64,000 nucleotides of DNA. Source: Batkoa obscura. Its lineage: Eukaryota. A program made the position numbers and the translations under genes. The notes under the pieces are model-generated. The model made no database searches. It had not been told where the DNA came from and was given only the letters and a program-made list of their open reading frames with translations. The stretch is taken from the NCBI GenBank assembly GCA_030770535.1, contig JASVEC010000015.1, forward strand, positions 372,001-436,000, in the 5' to 3' direction. Of this stretch, positions 13,080 to 25,500 are shown piece after piece; the stretch's first letter is position 1; each line of letters opens with the position of its first letter.

Positions 13080-13658
13080 ATATACTGTTATAATCTCATA
13101 AATTTCTAAGTTCTATTTATAAAGTTATAAATACTTTTTCGAAACTTTTCGTGACCGCTATAAATAAAAGATATCAATTTTTAACTCAAATAAAAAATAG
13201 CTTTCATAAAAACCCAATATTAATTTACAATCCTCGATTAAATTATTGTTACATTCTTTTTTTCATTCATAATATTTCTTAAATATAATGATTTTTTTAA
13301 ACAAGTAAATCATGTTTAATATTTCAACTGCTAAGGATTTATGAATATTAATGTTATTTTAAATATGTTTAGAACTTTATCCAAGTATATAAGTGAAAGT
13401 AGTAAATATGGAAGGTAATATGGTTGTTATCATTTTCAAAAAGATGGGTATAAATAAATTCCAGATCTTGGGTTTAGTTTGGTGGTACTTATTTTATCTA
13501 TATTTTAAATCAGCCTAAGTTTTTAAAACTATGTAACTTTATAAAGGTCTCAAATAAAATCAATTAGAAGAGACTTCAATAATAATAGCCTATCATAAAT
13601 TACAATATTATTAAACAATTATTACAATAAACATAACAACCAATATATTTTTCAGTAT

Positions 13659-13753
13659 GAAGATTTACTTTTTGTTTAAGAAATTTATTAGCATTTTTTC
13701 CCGCTTAATAGCGCTTGAAAAAGTGGAAAAGGAATAAAACTCTAACACTCTGG
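13659..13753 (+). mobile_element. MITE copy (degenerate)
   Basis: TTTTGTTTAAGAAATTT...CCGCTTAATAGCGCTTGAAAAAGTGGAAAA; termini eroded. Confidence 0.7.
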
Positions 13754-13808
13754 ATATAAAATAAAGTTCAAAATTTAAACTATACCTTAGTCTTTGAAAT
13801 TATGATAT

Positions 13809-13905
13809 AAGAGTGTTTTTTTTGGCTTCATTACTTTTTCCATTTTTAAGCACTATTTGAGTGGAAAAATTGGTACTAAAATTCTTAAACGGAAAAAGGC
13901 ATCCC
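13809..13905 (-). mobile_element. MITE copy
   Basis: GAGTGTTTTTTTTGGCTTCATTAC...GCACTATTTGAGTGGAAAA...CATCCC|ATAT. Confidence 0.85.
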
Positions 13906-14106
13906 ATATATATAAAGGGGTCTAAAAAGGTTCAGAAGTTTTCTAGATTTTTAAAAAATTAAGTTTTTTAAAAACTATTACTTTGTCTTTACAACTCAAG
14001 CAAAAAATCAAATGTACTTTTATTAAGTAGTTATTTGTTATCATTTACTTTGCAATAACTTAATTTATACCGCCACTCCATATATATCAAACAAAACTCA
14101 TATCAC

Positions 14107-14247
14107 AAATGTATGAGCTCACTATTGAAAATTTTATCAAACTTGCTTACTATATCGAAGCAAATGATTTGGATTTTATAAGGTTATCCTTGATTTTTGT
14201 TAGTTTTAATTTATATAATAAATGCTCCTTTCTTGCTAATATTTTTA
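14107..14247 (+). repeat. Direct repeat copy 1 (~140 bp), partner at 15582-15719
   Basis: AAATGTATGAGCTCACTATTGAAAATTTTATCAAACTTGCTTACTATATCGAA..AAATGATTTGGATTTTATAAGG..ATCCTTGATTTTTGTTA shared between the two copies. Confidence 0.85.
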
Positions 14248-15123
14248 TGTTTATATTCTTTATTCCCAATCAATTGAATCTGTTCCTATAGATAATCATT
14301 AGTGATACACTGGGATGTTAAACACTGCTAAAGTCATATATAAACCAATAAACTTGTACCAACACTATTTACTATTTATAACTCTTAGTATCATTTCTAA
14401 ATTAATTGGAATTGCTATTGGTTTTTAATACTTGTCTATTTTACCCACACTACAGTACTTCACTAAATTTCCCATAAAAGAACAAACAATAACTTAACTC
14501 CCTTTAAGCACCCATTATAAAGTAAGATCCTTTATAATTAAACAGTATCGCTTAAATAAACCCTCCTTTTCTATTCAAAAACAATATATGAATGCTTTTA
14601 AGAATTGTCCTTTTTGTTACATTTTCAAAATTTAGAAATCAATCAGTCAATACAGCTTTGTTCGAGCTTAGAAGTGTATTATCTAGCTGTTCATTTCATA
14701 ATAAAAATTCAAAATATTAAGCTGTAAATAAGCAAATAATTAAATAAATAATTATATACTTTATGACTATTCAACGCATATTTGAACATCTAAACAATCA
14801 GATCATTAACTAATTTCTAAAATATAAAGTAGCAAAAAGGATAAATAATAAAAATATTCCCACATTTTACCATTAGAATCATAAACTTAACAGCCTATAT
14901 AATAAATATTCTTTGAACAAATTTAAAAATAAGGTTTATAATTATTATAATAAAAATTATTTAACAAACTAAAATAATGGAACCAAAAAAAACAGCCTCA
15001 TATTCTGTTTTAAAAAAACCTAAGTACAATTTATTATTATAACTAATAACTTTATGTCTTAAAAAGGACTATTTGTTTATAGGTTGTTTGTATCTTAATT
15101 GTTAAACTTAGTTTACAAAATAT

Positions 15124-15218
15124 GGTAATACCTTTTTTGTTTGAGAAGTTTAAAACTGACTTTTCCATTCAATACGACTCAAAAATGGAAAAAGTAGTGA
15201 AACAAAGAAGTACCCCCC
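15124..15218 (+). mobile_element. MITE copy (degenerate)
   Basis: TTTTTTGTTTGAGAAG...TTTTCCATTCAATA...AAAAATGGAAAAAGTAGTGAAAC...CCCCCC|ATAT. Confidence 0.75.
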
Positions 15219-15581
15219 ATATGGATCGAATAATAAAGTCCGAATTTAAAACTACACACCATCTTTTTAAACTGCATTTAGAATACTTGTTTATCATTTA
15301 GGCTGCCCCTAATTTCTTAGGTTTATATTTTTTGCATAAATATCGGCCATTAAAAAATGGGCTTATTTGATAATTTTGCAATACAGTTTTCTTCAATAAG
15401 GCTAATGATCTGAAGGTTGGTGAGCACTGCTGAAAAGTATAAATACTCTTATACGTTACTCATTTTAAAAAAATATTAACCATATTCTCAAAAAACAATA
15501 AGTTTATTACTATCTACTCTCACCTTTTAACTTATTGCTGTATATCGCACACTCTATAAATCAAATCTAAGGCTGCATCAT

Positions 15582-15719
15582 AAATGTATGAACTCAACAT
15601 CGAAAACTTTATCAAACTTGCTTACTATATCGAAAGAAATGATTTGGATTTTATAAGGTTTATCCTTGATTTTTGTTAATTTTAATCTGATAAATATTTA
15701 TTCTTTATTAATATTTTTA
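15582..15719 (+). repeat. Direct repeat copy 2 (~140 bp)
   Basis: See 14107-14247. Confidence 0.85.
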
Positions 15720-15730
15720 GTACTTTATAT

Positions 15731-15825
15731 GTGGATGTATTTTTTCGTTTAGGAATTTTATTAATAGTTATTCTACTTAATGCTTGAAAAATAGAAAAAG
15801 TGATGAAATCAAAAAAAGTATTACC
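15731..15825 (+). mobile_element. MITE copy (degenerate)
   Basis: ATAT|GTGGATGTATTTTTTCGTTTAGGAATTTTA...GAAAAAGTGATGAAATC. Confidence 0.75.
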
Positions 15826-16328
15826 ACGTCTTAAATTTCACACATATTTTATTAAGTATTCTAATCGATTTGTGACTAATAGAACATTCAAGTTAAACAA
15901 AGTTCTATAAATTATTGGACTTGAACTAAAGTCATAATGCTATTTATAATTGTTTATTAGGACCTTATAAGTCTACTTATAAACAAGCTGCTATTAATTT
16001 TTAGCTTCATCTTTTTCTCACACTTTAATATGATCCATATTCAGTATTATAAAACCTTAATAAAATTGGTTTCACTTCAAGCTCTATTAAAAATACCATC
16101 ATTTTAATTTAGCCAATAATATCCTTTGTACTCCCTTTTCTAAATAAAAAAAGCCAATCAATTTTCAAAGCGACAAAAATAGTTACCATTAAAATACATT
16201 TTTTAAAACAAGTTAACAATGACATAAAACAACTGATGAGGTAAGCTTTAGTTCATTCTAAACATAAAGTATAAAACCACATAAACAACTACCAGCTTTC
16301 TTTTTTATAATAATAAACAATTGAAACG

Positions 16329-16781
16329 ATGTCAGAATTAAACGAACAACAGACAAAGCAAGCTAAAGATATCTTTAACCAATTTGATACTGATAAGAGT
16401 GGTAAGATAAGTGCTGATGAGCTCAAAAATATGTTGCCAAAATTAGGTGTTGATCTTGATGACGCTGGTATAAAAAAGATGCTCTCATCTGCTGATAAGG
16501 ACCAGAATGGAGAAGTTGACTTTGAAGAATTTAAAAAAATAGCAGGTGGTATGTTTGCTGTAGATGTAGATGAAGAAGAAGATAATCGTAAAACTTTTGA
16601 TGAGTTTGATACGGATAAAGATGGCCACATCAATAAAGTAGAATTTGCAAAAGCAATGAGAGCGGACGATCCAGAGATTGAACAAGAAGAAATTGATGGA
16701 ATTTTTGCTGAAACAGATGACAATGGTGATGGTTTGATTTCATATGATGAATTTTGTAAGGCAGTTAATAAAGGCCAATAA
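16329..16781 (+). CDS. Calmodulin-like protein, four EF-hands, intronless
   Basis: Canonical loops DTDKSGKISADE, DKDQNGEVDFEE, DTDKDGHINKVE, DDNGDGLISYDE; too divergent to be true calmodulin. Confidence 0.92.
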   Translation: MSELNEQQTKQAKDIFNQFDTDKSGKISADELKNMLPKLGVDLDDAGIKKMLSSADKDQNGEVDFEEFKKIAGGMFAVDVDEEEDNRKTFDEFDTDKDGHINKVEFAKAMRADDPEIEQEEIDGIFAETDDNGDGLISYDEFCKAVNKGQ

Positions 16782-16901
16782 AGAAGTGAAGGTGTGAAAT
16801 AAAAAGAAAAAAAGTGAAAAATATTAATTTCATGTTCAAAATTGAGTTTATTCTATATTTTATTATTCTATACACGTATTAAAGGTAATTCATTTAATTA
16901 T

Positions 16902-17733
16902 TTAATATTGTTTTTTTAAAAATTGTTGATAACCTATACAATTATTACAACCTATTGGATATTGATTATTAAGCTTAAGTTTATATTCTTCAATAGTATT
17001 GTATTTAGATTTATATTCTGCATCCTTACATATCCATTTAGTTTAATACAGTGTTTGTTAAAATATATTAATTTACCTCATCACTAGGTAAATAGTCGGC
17101 TAGAGCTTGAGTTTGGAACTGTAAATTTTTTAAACAGTCTGAACAAAAGGAATTAGGCTCTTGAAGTTTATTTCCACCTATTTGAATTAAATTAATGTCT
17201 CGTATTTAACAAAAATATGTAATAGTGACTTACTTCTCAATGTAAACCCAATGTTTCTTTCCTTTGCCATTAATGGAGTAAAATCCACCAAATCACCGTT
17301 CTAGCAACGATGATTATTAAAAAAATCAACAATTGAATATTTGTCTTACCTCATCTCTAAAATTCATTTCCTTACACCATTGACATTTCCATAATTTCTT
17401 ATTAACTCTCAGCTTCTCAAACTTAGTACTTTGATTACAATTAAAACACTTTAATCTAACTGAATTGAACAAATAATTGTTCATCAATAAATAGCTGATT
17501 CTGTAGACTAAATAAAGACTAAGGATAAATAATAGATAGTAAATGTAATTGTTTTCTAAATTGAGCCATGGTAAATATTGTTGAGTTAGATGATTAAGGA
17601 TCTGTTCATCGGTTAAACCTTCCTTTTTTAATATTTGAGCTTCAAGAATTATAGGCTCGAAGATGACTTGAATTGTATTATTATAAATGTATTGATCGAG
17701 TTTATTTAATAGAATGAGTGCTTTAGTTAACAT
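16902..17733 (-). CDS. Ima1/Samp1(TMEM201) N-terminal zinc-finger-domain protein, 4 exons
   Basis: Spliced manual translation: TM helix, CFNC...WKCQWC...NFRDE|NGDLVD...|...FCSDCLKNLQFQTQALADYLPSDE|...EEYKLKLNNQYPIGCNNCIGYQQFLKKQY*. Four CxxC pairs match the Ima1_N pattern; first intron 17349-17301. Confidence 0.78.
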
Positions 17734-17916
17734 TATCGGATTAATATTTAGAAAAAACAAAGATAAAGATTTTGATTCAAATTAAAAAAAATTAAATTCC
17801 ATTCGAAAATTCAAATTACCATAATATTTTGGAATTTTATTCTTTAATTAAATTAAATTCAACTATTTTTACATATTTTTCCACCATAATAAATTGATTA
17901 AATTATTTTATCAACT

Positions 17917-20205
17917 ATGTTACTAAAACCCAAATCAGTTCCACCGATTCGGTTATCAATCATCAATCGCATAATCAAACCAATTAAATATCCATTATTA
18001 TACATCAATTCCTCATTCACTACCACTCACATTTCCTCTTCCTATGTCCAACTAACCACCGACTTTTTTAAATCCGTTACCGAGTCTTCAATAGAATATG
18101 ATAACTCTCGTTTAAGAAGACAAGCACGTAGTCGTAGTAATAATCAATTAAAGGTTCAACAAGATACCAATGAAGAATGGCAAAATTTACGCTTACAAAA
18201 AAGGATTAAAAAATTAAAATCAATATTAAAATCTCATCAAATAATTGAATTAGAACAAGTATGGGAAAGTTATTTAGATATTAAAGAAGTTTCAGTTGAA
18301 AGTTTAAAAGGGTTGGAAAGTAAAGTATTTGAAAGAATGATTTATTTATATCAATGCTGTGAATTGAAAGAAAATTATTATAATATTAAAATAATTACTG
18401 AAGATATGATTAAGTTAAATTATAACATTGATAAAAAACAAATTCAAGGTTATTTAAGAGCATGTCTAGAATTAAAAGAATATCATAATATTATTAAATT
18501 TACTCAGTATTTAGTAAGAAAACAGTATACTTTAGATACTTTTATATTGAATCATTTATTCTCTGCTTATGTTCAACTCAATGATATTGAAAGTAGTTTG
18601 ATGACCTTAGATCATTTTAAAACAGAAAATGTATTAAAAGATCAATACACATTATCAACAGAAGTCTTATTAAATTTTAAACGAAATGAACCTCAATTAG
18701 CATTGTCCACTTATACCTCTATTTTCTCAACTAATATCAAAATAGATACATGGACATTAAATATGTTTCTTCAAATATTTTCACAATATAGATATTGGCA
18801 GGGTATTCAACAAGTATTAATAGATATGAAACAAAAGAATGTGATACCCGATTTACATACATTTAGTATTTTATTAAAATGTTGTATTTTACCATTTAAC
18901 GATAATTGTATTATTTCGTATAAAAAGAAACCATATTTACGTCAACAAATTGAAATTGTTAATAAGATTTATTTTAATCTCAAGGCCTCTTCTTTCCCAT
19001 TAGATAAATATATCTATTGTAATTTTATTAAATTTTATGTAACAATTCAAGAATTTTGTTTTGCTGAAAATATATTATTAGATATGAAACAAAAAGGAAT
19101 TCAACCTAATGAATTTGAATATTCAATACTAATGGATGGTTATTCTAAAGTAAAACAATGGGATAAATTATGGAAGATATATCAAATAATTAAGCAAGAA
19201 AATATATCAATTAATCAAATTATTTATTCTTGTATGGTTAAAGCATATACAAAATTAAATGAAAATAGAATCAAAGAAGAGGGCGGAAGAGCTATAATGG
19301 AAGACGATATATTCAAAAAGGATCAAATCACTTATAATTTATTTTTAAGACAATTAGGCAAATTAGGAAAAGTAAAGGAGGGATTTGAATTATATATAGA
19401 AATGAAAAATGAAAATATTCAACCCAATTTAATGACTTATTATCATTTATTAGATGGATTAAAAAGGAATAATGAAATAGAAGATAATAATATAAAAGAA
19501 AAAGAAAAAGAGAAGAAAAAGATTATCGAAATAATATTTAATGACTTAATTACTTCTAATTTAGTACCTAATCTTTCAATATTTAATCATTTTATTTATT
19601 TATTTAATCAATATCAACTTATCAATTATATTAATATTACCTACACATTAATGATTGAAAAATATCAATTATTACCTAATCAATATAGTTTGTTACCAAT
19701 GGCATCTATTTTATTAAATGGTTGTAATATCAATGAAGTTGTTAATAATATAATATCATCTAAATATCCACAATTAATCTATTCAAGTTCAATATATGCT
19801 TTAATAAAAAATGGAGAATTACAAAAGGGAATTGAATTATTTGAATATATTAAAAAAGGAGGGGTGATAGGAGTAAAAAATGATTTATTAATTTATTATT
19901 ATTTATTATATGCTTGTATTCAATATAAGGAGTTTTATTATTTAATGAAGTTAATGCAACAAATAGACAAAGAAAATATTGTTATTACAAAAACAATGTA
20001 TTTAAAATTAAATAATAAATTAAATGCAATCAACTGCGATAAACAAATAATGAGATTATGGAATAGGTTTGAATATAAAGAAAAAGAAGCGGAAGAAGAT
20101 AAAATGGAAAAAATGATGGAAATAGATTTTAATAATAATAAGATACAGTCACATTTAATTATTCCATTATTAAAAGATTGCTATCTTAGGATGTTGAATC
20201 ATTAG
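17917..20205 (+). CDS. Pentatricopeptide-repeat (PPR) protein, probably mitochondrial
   Basis: 762 aa; repeated ~35-aa units (MKQKNVIPDLHTFSILL, MKQKGIQPNEFEYSILMDGYSK, MKNENIQPNLMTYYHLLDG); basic Ser/Thr-rich N-terminus. Confidence 0.9.
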   Translation: MLLKPKSVPPIRLSIINRIIKPIKYPLLYINSSFTTTHISSSYVQLTTDFFKSVTESSIEYDNSRLRRQARSRSNNQLKVQQDTNEEWQNLRLQKRIKKLKSILKSHQIIELEQVWESYLDIKEVSVESLKGLESKVFERMIYLYQCCELKENYYNIKIITEDMIKLNYNIDKKQIQGYLRACLELKEYHNIIKFTQYLVRKQYTLDTFILNHLFSAYVQLNDIESSLMTLDHFKTENVLKDQYTLSTEVLLNFKRNEPQLALSTYTSIFSTNIKIDTWTLNMFLQIFSQYRYWQGIQQVLIDMKQKNVIPDLHTFSILLKCCILPFNDNCIISYKKKPYLRQQIEIVNKIYFNLKASSFPLDKYIYCNFIKFYVTIQEFCFAENILLDMKQKGIQPNEFEYSILMDGYSKVKQWDKLWKIYQIIKQENISINQIIYSCMVKAYTKLNENRIKEEGGRAIMEDDIFKKDQITYNLFLRQLGKLGKVKEGFELYIEMKNENIQPNLMTYYHLLDGLKRNNEIEDNNIKEKEKEKKKIIEIIFNDLITSNLVPNLSIFNHFIYLFNQYQLINYINITYTLMIEKYQLLPNQYSLLPMASILLNGCNINEVVNNIISSKYPQLIYSSSIYALIKNGELQKGIELFEYIKKGGVIGVKNDLLIYYYLLYACIQYKEFYYLMKLMQQIDKENIVITKTMYLKLNNKLNAINCDKQIMRLWNRFEYKEKEAEEDKMEKMMEIDFNNNKIQSHLIIPLLKDCYLRMLNH

Positions 20206-20300
20206 AGAGAATGAATTTATTATATTATTTATTTCGTTATTAAAGTTAATTATATAGATTAATTTATTTACTATTATTATTTTACTTTTATTTTTATATT

Positions 20301-23095
20301 TTAATTTAAAAATCCATTAACATTACTAATTGGTTTTAATTTATTACCAAATTCTCTTTCTAATTTACTACTTAATATTTTTATACCTTTCATAACATAT
20401 TGAAACTAAATAAAAATAAATATTAATAATAAAATAAAATAAAAGAATAAAAATTAATTACTTGTTGTAAACTAAATTGTGGATTAATAACTAACTGCCA
20501 TAATTCGGGTAATATTAAAGTAGCTATTTGTTCTAAATCTAATGATTTATCCGCTATTGAATAATATAATTCATACATTGCTATCTAATAAAATAATAAA
20601 ATTCAATATAAAAATATCTAATTAATAGAATACTAATGAATAGAAGAACTTACTTTGACCTCTGGTATTTTACTTTTTGTATTTTTTAATAATGGTAATA
20701 TTTTATCAATTAACAAATCTTTATCAAATACATTGAGCATTTGTTTAATACTTTTTAATACTTCAATTTTAATATTTAATGCACTTGTTGATACATATAA
20801 TTTCTAATTATTAATCTCTTAATTAAATTTTATTATTATAATAATTAATAAATTACCTGTATTCTTAAAAAGATAGAATTTTTTATTGTCATATAATCTA
20901 CTTTATTAATTATCTCAGCTAATTTTTTTAATCCTAATTCTTGTAAAATAATATCTTGAGATTCTAAACTAGTTGACAGTATTGGCAAAATATCTAAATA
21001 ATAAAACATCATTAATATATTATTTTTAAAGTTCTTATTATTCCCTTTAACCTACCTTGTTGAACTTGTGTATCATTACATTTTTTCATTATTGGTTGTA
21101 AATTATTTAATAAGTAAATAATAGATTGTTGTGGTGATTTAATTTTATAAATAAATATTAAATTAGGATAAATTAATTCATTAAATTCAATTGAATTAAT
21201 TTTTTCCATTATATAGATTAAATTAGGATAAATAAATGGTATCAAATTGGGATCTTTGATTTCCTCTAATAAAGTAGGTAAAATCTATTTAAAATTACAT
21301 TAACATTATTTTATATATAATTTATAATGTATATATTATTATTACTTTTTTTAATAACACTTTCTCTGGAAATTGATTTAATATTTTATTTAATCCTTGC
21401 ATAAATTTAGCTTTATTATCCACAGGTTGTTGCATTAATGTATCCAAATAACGTATACTTTTGATTAATACATTGTTAAAAGAAGGGGATTCTTGAAATT
21501 GTGATAAATTCAACCGTTGATTTGGGTTTCTATTAATCAATTTATATACAGTATCTATTTAATATATTTTAATCTCGTTTATAATTATGTGTTATTTTAT
21601 ACTACCTCTAAAATACCCTGGTACTTGATCCAAAGAAATAGTAGCCAATTTATCCATTTGATTTTTATATGCCAATACATTATTTCTCGTTTTTAGTAAA
21701 CTTCTACCATCATTAAATATAGCATAAATTAAACAACCCAAAGCAAATATGTCATTTGAATAATCTTTTGTATTATGCAAGATATATTCAGGGGCTATAA
21801 TAAATGAGATAATATAAATAATGTAGTATAATATTAACAAATGAATATTACCCATATAATCTAAACTTTCTTGTATTTCTTTAGCTAATTGGGTATCATG
21901 TTCAAAATAATGAGGTTCATTTAACTGTTGATTGTTATATTCTTTAGTAGTTGAAAAGCCAAACCTAATAAACAAAGTATCAATAAAAACAATTGTTATA
22001 TAGTAACTAAGAGTTTTAGTATTAGTTAATTAAGCTTACCCACCAAGCTTCCAATCCCCCTTTGTAGTAATATAAATAGCACTAGGTATTAAATTACCAT
22101 GAATTAAATTGGCACTTTCATGACAAAATTGCAAGCCTTTACTTAATTGTAATAATCCTTTTTGTATCTATTAATTGAGTTAGAAACAAACCAAAGTTAA
22201 AAATAAAAAATAAGTATTTAATATATTAGCTCGGTCCATAAACAATATTAACTTTTGGGTAAATACAAAACGATAGAGGTATATGATCGAAATAGCAATA
22301 ATCTTCCTTAAAGAAATTCAACTTTTTAAACAAAATAGGTTCTAATAAAAAAAACCTTCTAAAAAGCCAAAACCACAAATTCATATTATATCTTGCAACT
22401 TTGAATTTTCTCTTTACCCAAAAAATTATTATTATTTATGAACTGACCTAATAAAAATCAATTATATTCTATGTTACTATAAATAACTCACCTCCAAAAC
22501 ATCTAATTCATAATTTGTCCCTAATGGTAAATTATGTAATAATAAATTACTTAAACATAATTCTACCGGTTCAGTGCAAAAATTTAATAATAATCGATAT
22601 TCTTCTAAGGGTTCAACTATATGTAGTCTATTTGAAAAATTAACATTAGGATAATTTTCTTATTAAGGCTAAAACATAGCGAGTGTTTCCACTGACTTAC
22701 ATGCTTGGATGTCGTAATCTGGCTAATTGTGTGGCCTAATCGAGAGAGAGGAAGATTAGATTTAATGATAATAGCGATTGTCAATAATGCTTACCTCTTT
22801 CTTTAACACTTGAGAAATCTTTTCACTCTCTTTATTATTTTGTTGATTATTTACAAAATTAGATATACTCTCAGTTGCATTTTTTTCATACATCTAAATC
22901 AATTCCATTCCATTTAAGTTTAAACAAAATTTATTGAAATGAATATTTTAAACTTACAAACACGGTCACTTTTATCTTGTTATTTTTTCTTATACCATCA
23001 TGTAATTTCCAATATCCAATTTGATTTTTTGGGTTTGATATTTCATATTCTCGACTTATATTGGAAGAGTAGACTAGTTGTTTAAATAAATCCAT
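20301..23095 (-). CDS. SCY1: Scy1/SCYL2-like pseudokinase with HEAT repeats, many short introns
   Basis: Exons read manually: MDLFKQL...; LKKE|ATQLARLRHPS; HIVEPLEE...FCTEPV; IQKGLLQLSKGLQFCHESANLIHGNLIPSAIYITTKGDWKLG|FGFS; LDYM|APEYIL...NDIFALGCLIYAIFN; then HEAT region. Stop at 20301. Several short ORF-track entries are exons of this gene. Confidence 0.88.
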
Positions 23096-23366
23096 TTTGA
23101 AAATTATAAAAAAAGTTTAATGCTACAAAATTTTGATGAGCTGACATTTACTTTTAAGATTCTTCATTTTTTGAATTTTATACAGATGTTTTTTCAATCT
23201 TCAATTTTCATTTTCAGCCAACAAATAAAACAATAATAGAGTTGGAAAATAAATTAAAAATTATTAAAAAATAAAACAAATATATTCCAAATAATTTTAA
23301 TATACTTAGAAGGAGATATTTTGTATCACAAGCATCATTTGTTAATTGTTTTCTATTCATTAGATC

Positions 23367-24007
23367 TTAAAGATTGCTTGTATTAAAAAGCAATTTTTTG
23401 GCAATCTTTAAATACTCTTCTATCTTAATAGGACCGTTTTCATTGATACCCGCTTGTTCAAGGATCGATGGAAGTTGAGTGAGAACAAAGCTTCGATAAG
23501 CTCGAAGCAATAAAATCTTTAAATCGTTAATTGATATAAAACCACTTCTTTTAAGATCATAAAAGTAAAAATAGTCTTTTGCTTCATTAAGCTGACGTTT
23601 GGTAAGTCCATATTTCTAAAACTATAAATCAATTCTCTGGTTTAAGATTGTTTAATAAGCTTACAGCTTCGTCAGACTGTTTCATCATTTTTCGGGTGAC
23701 CTTCTCAGTAAATAATAGTTCTTTGACAATTTTTAAATACTCTTCTAAGTTAATAGGACCGCTTTCATTAATGTTCGCTTGTTTAAGAATTGATTGGAGT
23801 TGGGTATGACTATGGGATCGATGAGCTAAATATAGTAATGTTGATAAATGACAAACTGATATCGTTCCACTGTTATTAGATTCATAGGCGTGAAATTTAT
23901 CTTTCGCCTCATCAAGCTGTTTGGCATTAAGTCCATAACTCTAAGATAAAAGTTAGTTGTTTAATTTAAGGTTTTCTAAAGGTTACAAGCTGATTATTGT
24001 ACTCCAT
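23367..24007 (-). CDS. Degenerate calmodulin-like EF-hand protein built from two copies of one exon (3 exons)
   Basis: MEYNNQL|SYGLNAKQLDEAKDKFHAYESNNSGTIS...QANINESGPINLEEYLKIVKELLF...SDEA|KYGLTKRQLNEAKDYFYFYDLKRSGFIS...QAGINENGPIKIEEYLKIAKKLLFNTSNL*. Not in the ORF track. Confidence 0.82.
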
Positions 24008-24189
24008 TGTATATATTTAAGATTATTGAAAATGAATGGATTTTATTTTCAAATTCGACAATTGTGCTCAATTTATTTCATATTAACCGCCATATCTTTT
24101 TAACAAATTTGACTTAAAGTATGATGGTTAATATGAAACAGGCTGAATACTTTTTAAGATGACATGGCTTTCAACTGGTTTCAAATAAT

Positions 24190-24285
24190 GGGAATGTTTT
24201 TTTGGTTTCCACTTTTCTTATTTTTTAAGTGCTATCTGAGTAGAAAGGCTATCAGTAAAACTCTTAAACAAGAAAATACACTCCT
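24190..24285 (-). mobile_element. MITE copy
   Basis: GGGAATGTTTTTTTGGTTTC...AAGTGCTATCTGAGTAGAAA...AAAATACACTCC. Confidence 0.8.
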
Positions 24286-25402
24286 TAGTGTAATTATAAT
24301 ATTTTATTTTCATCAATGTGTCTCTATCTTTTATTCAAACCTTTCAATCGTTATAGCGTAAATCAATTTTAAGTTTGAACTTTTAAGCCCTGTAAATTTT
24401 ACCCTTTTTACATAAACGCAGATAAAAATTCAATAAAATAAAAATACATGAACTAAAATTTAGACTTTATTTGTAGGGTGAGAAATTTTTGAGACTTGAA
24501 AGTTAAATTAAAAACAATTTTATAAATAACCGGGTGAATTATTACGAATGGACGTACTTACATTGTAAGGTACATACTACTAAGAAAGCAATGAACTGAA
24601 AATGGAGGTTATGGTTTCCAGATAGGTGATATTTCGATCAGTTAAAGATGATATGATAGAGGCACTCAGGATCCCAGATATCGTGAGGGTTTCACAATTA
24701 AGGAGAGATTCTATATTGGAAGTGGTGAGTTCGATAGGTAGTTTTAGATACATAATGACATCAGGTACAAAGTATGATATCACAGAGGCTCCTATATACC
24801 TAATGATCAAATATATTATCGAAAATTTAGTCATACTCTATAATTTCCTTATAGTAGCAATAAATATGATTTATTATGATTTATTCTATCTATATTGATT
24901 TTATTGTCTCTTAATAAAAGCTATTCGCAACAAAGAATCACTTTTTTTTTGAATTTATTCTATAGGGAAAGGAGGAGTATTGCCTATGTTGTATGGGACC
25001 AAACTCCAGTTAGTGGCATTTAATGGCAAAGTTCCTAATTTGAAATTTTGTTTTTTTCGGTTGCCTCAAACCATTTTTACCTCAGTCAAATGTGACAATA
25101 TGTTTGTTACAATTTATAGCGTCATAGTGTAAGCAAGCTTAATACAGTAGGAAGGAGGCTGAAATAAGACATTAGTAATTAAACTTAAGAATTTGAATGT
25201 GGGCAATTATTTTAAAGGTTCTTTATTTTGTATAAGTTTTTTTGAAGTTTTAGATTACAATTATTTTTATAATAATAGCAGTTAAGCTATCTTTAAGTGC
25301 CTCACATCAAGCTAAACTTTTTCAAAAGCTTTTTTACTTTTTAGGATATATAAACTCCTAAATATGTAGTATTTAATAGTAAAATATACATGTTTTAGAA
25401 TA

Positions 25403-25500
25403 TGGATGTGTTTTTTTGTCAAAGAGCTTTACAAACAATTTTTCCAATCAGATGGTGCTTGAAAAATGAAATAAGTGATGAAACCATTGAAGATACCATC
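25403..25500 (+). mobile_element. MITE copy (degenerate)
   Basis: GGATGTGTTTTTTTG...TTTTCCAATCAGATGGTGCTTGAAAAATGAAATAAGTGATGAAACC. Confidence 0.7.

Noticed and set aside
24560..24898. Purine-rich coding-looking stretch with overlapping ORFs on both strands
   Set aside because: No recognisable motifs; the most protein-like frame has several stops; left unassigned
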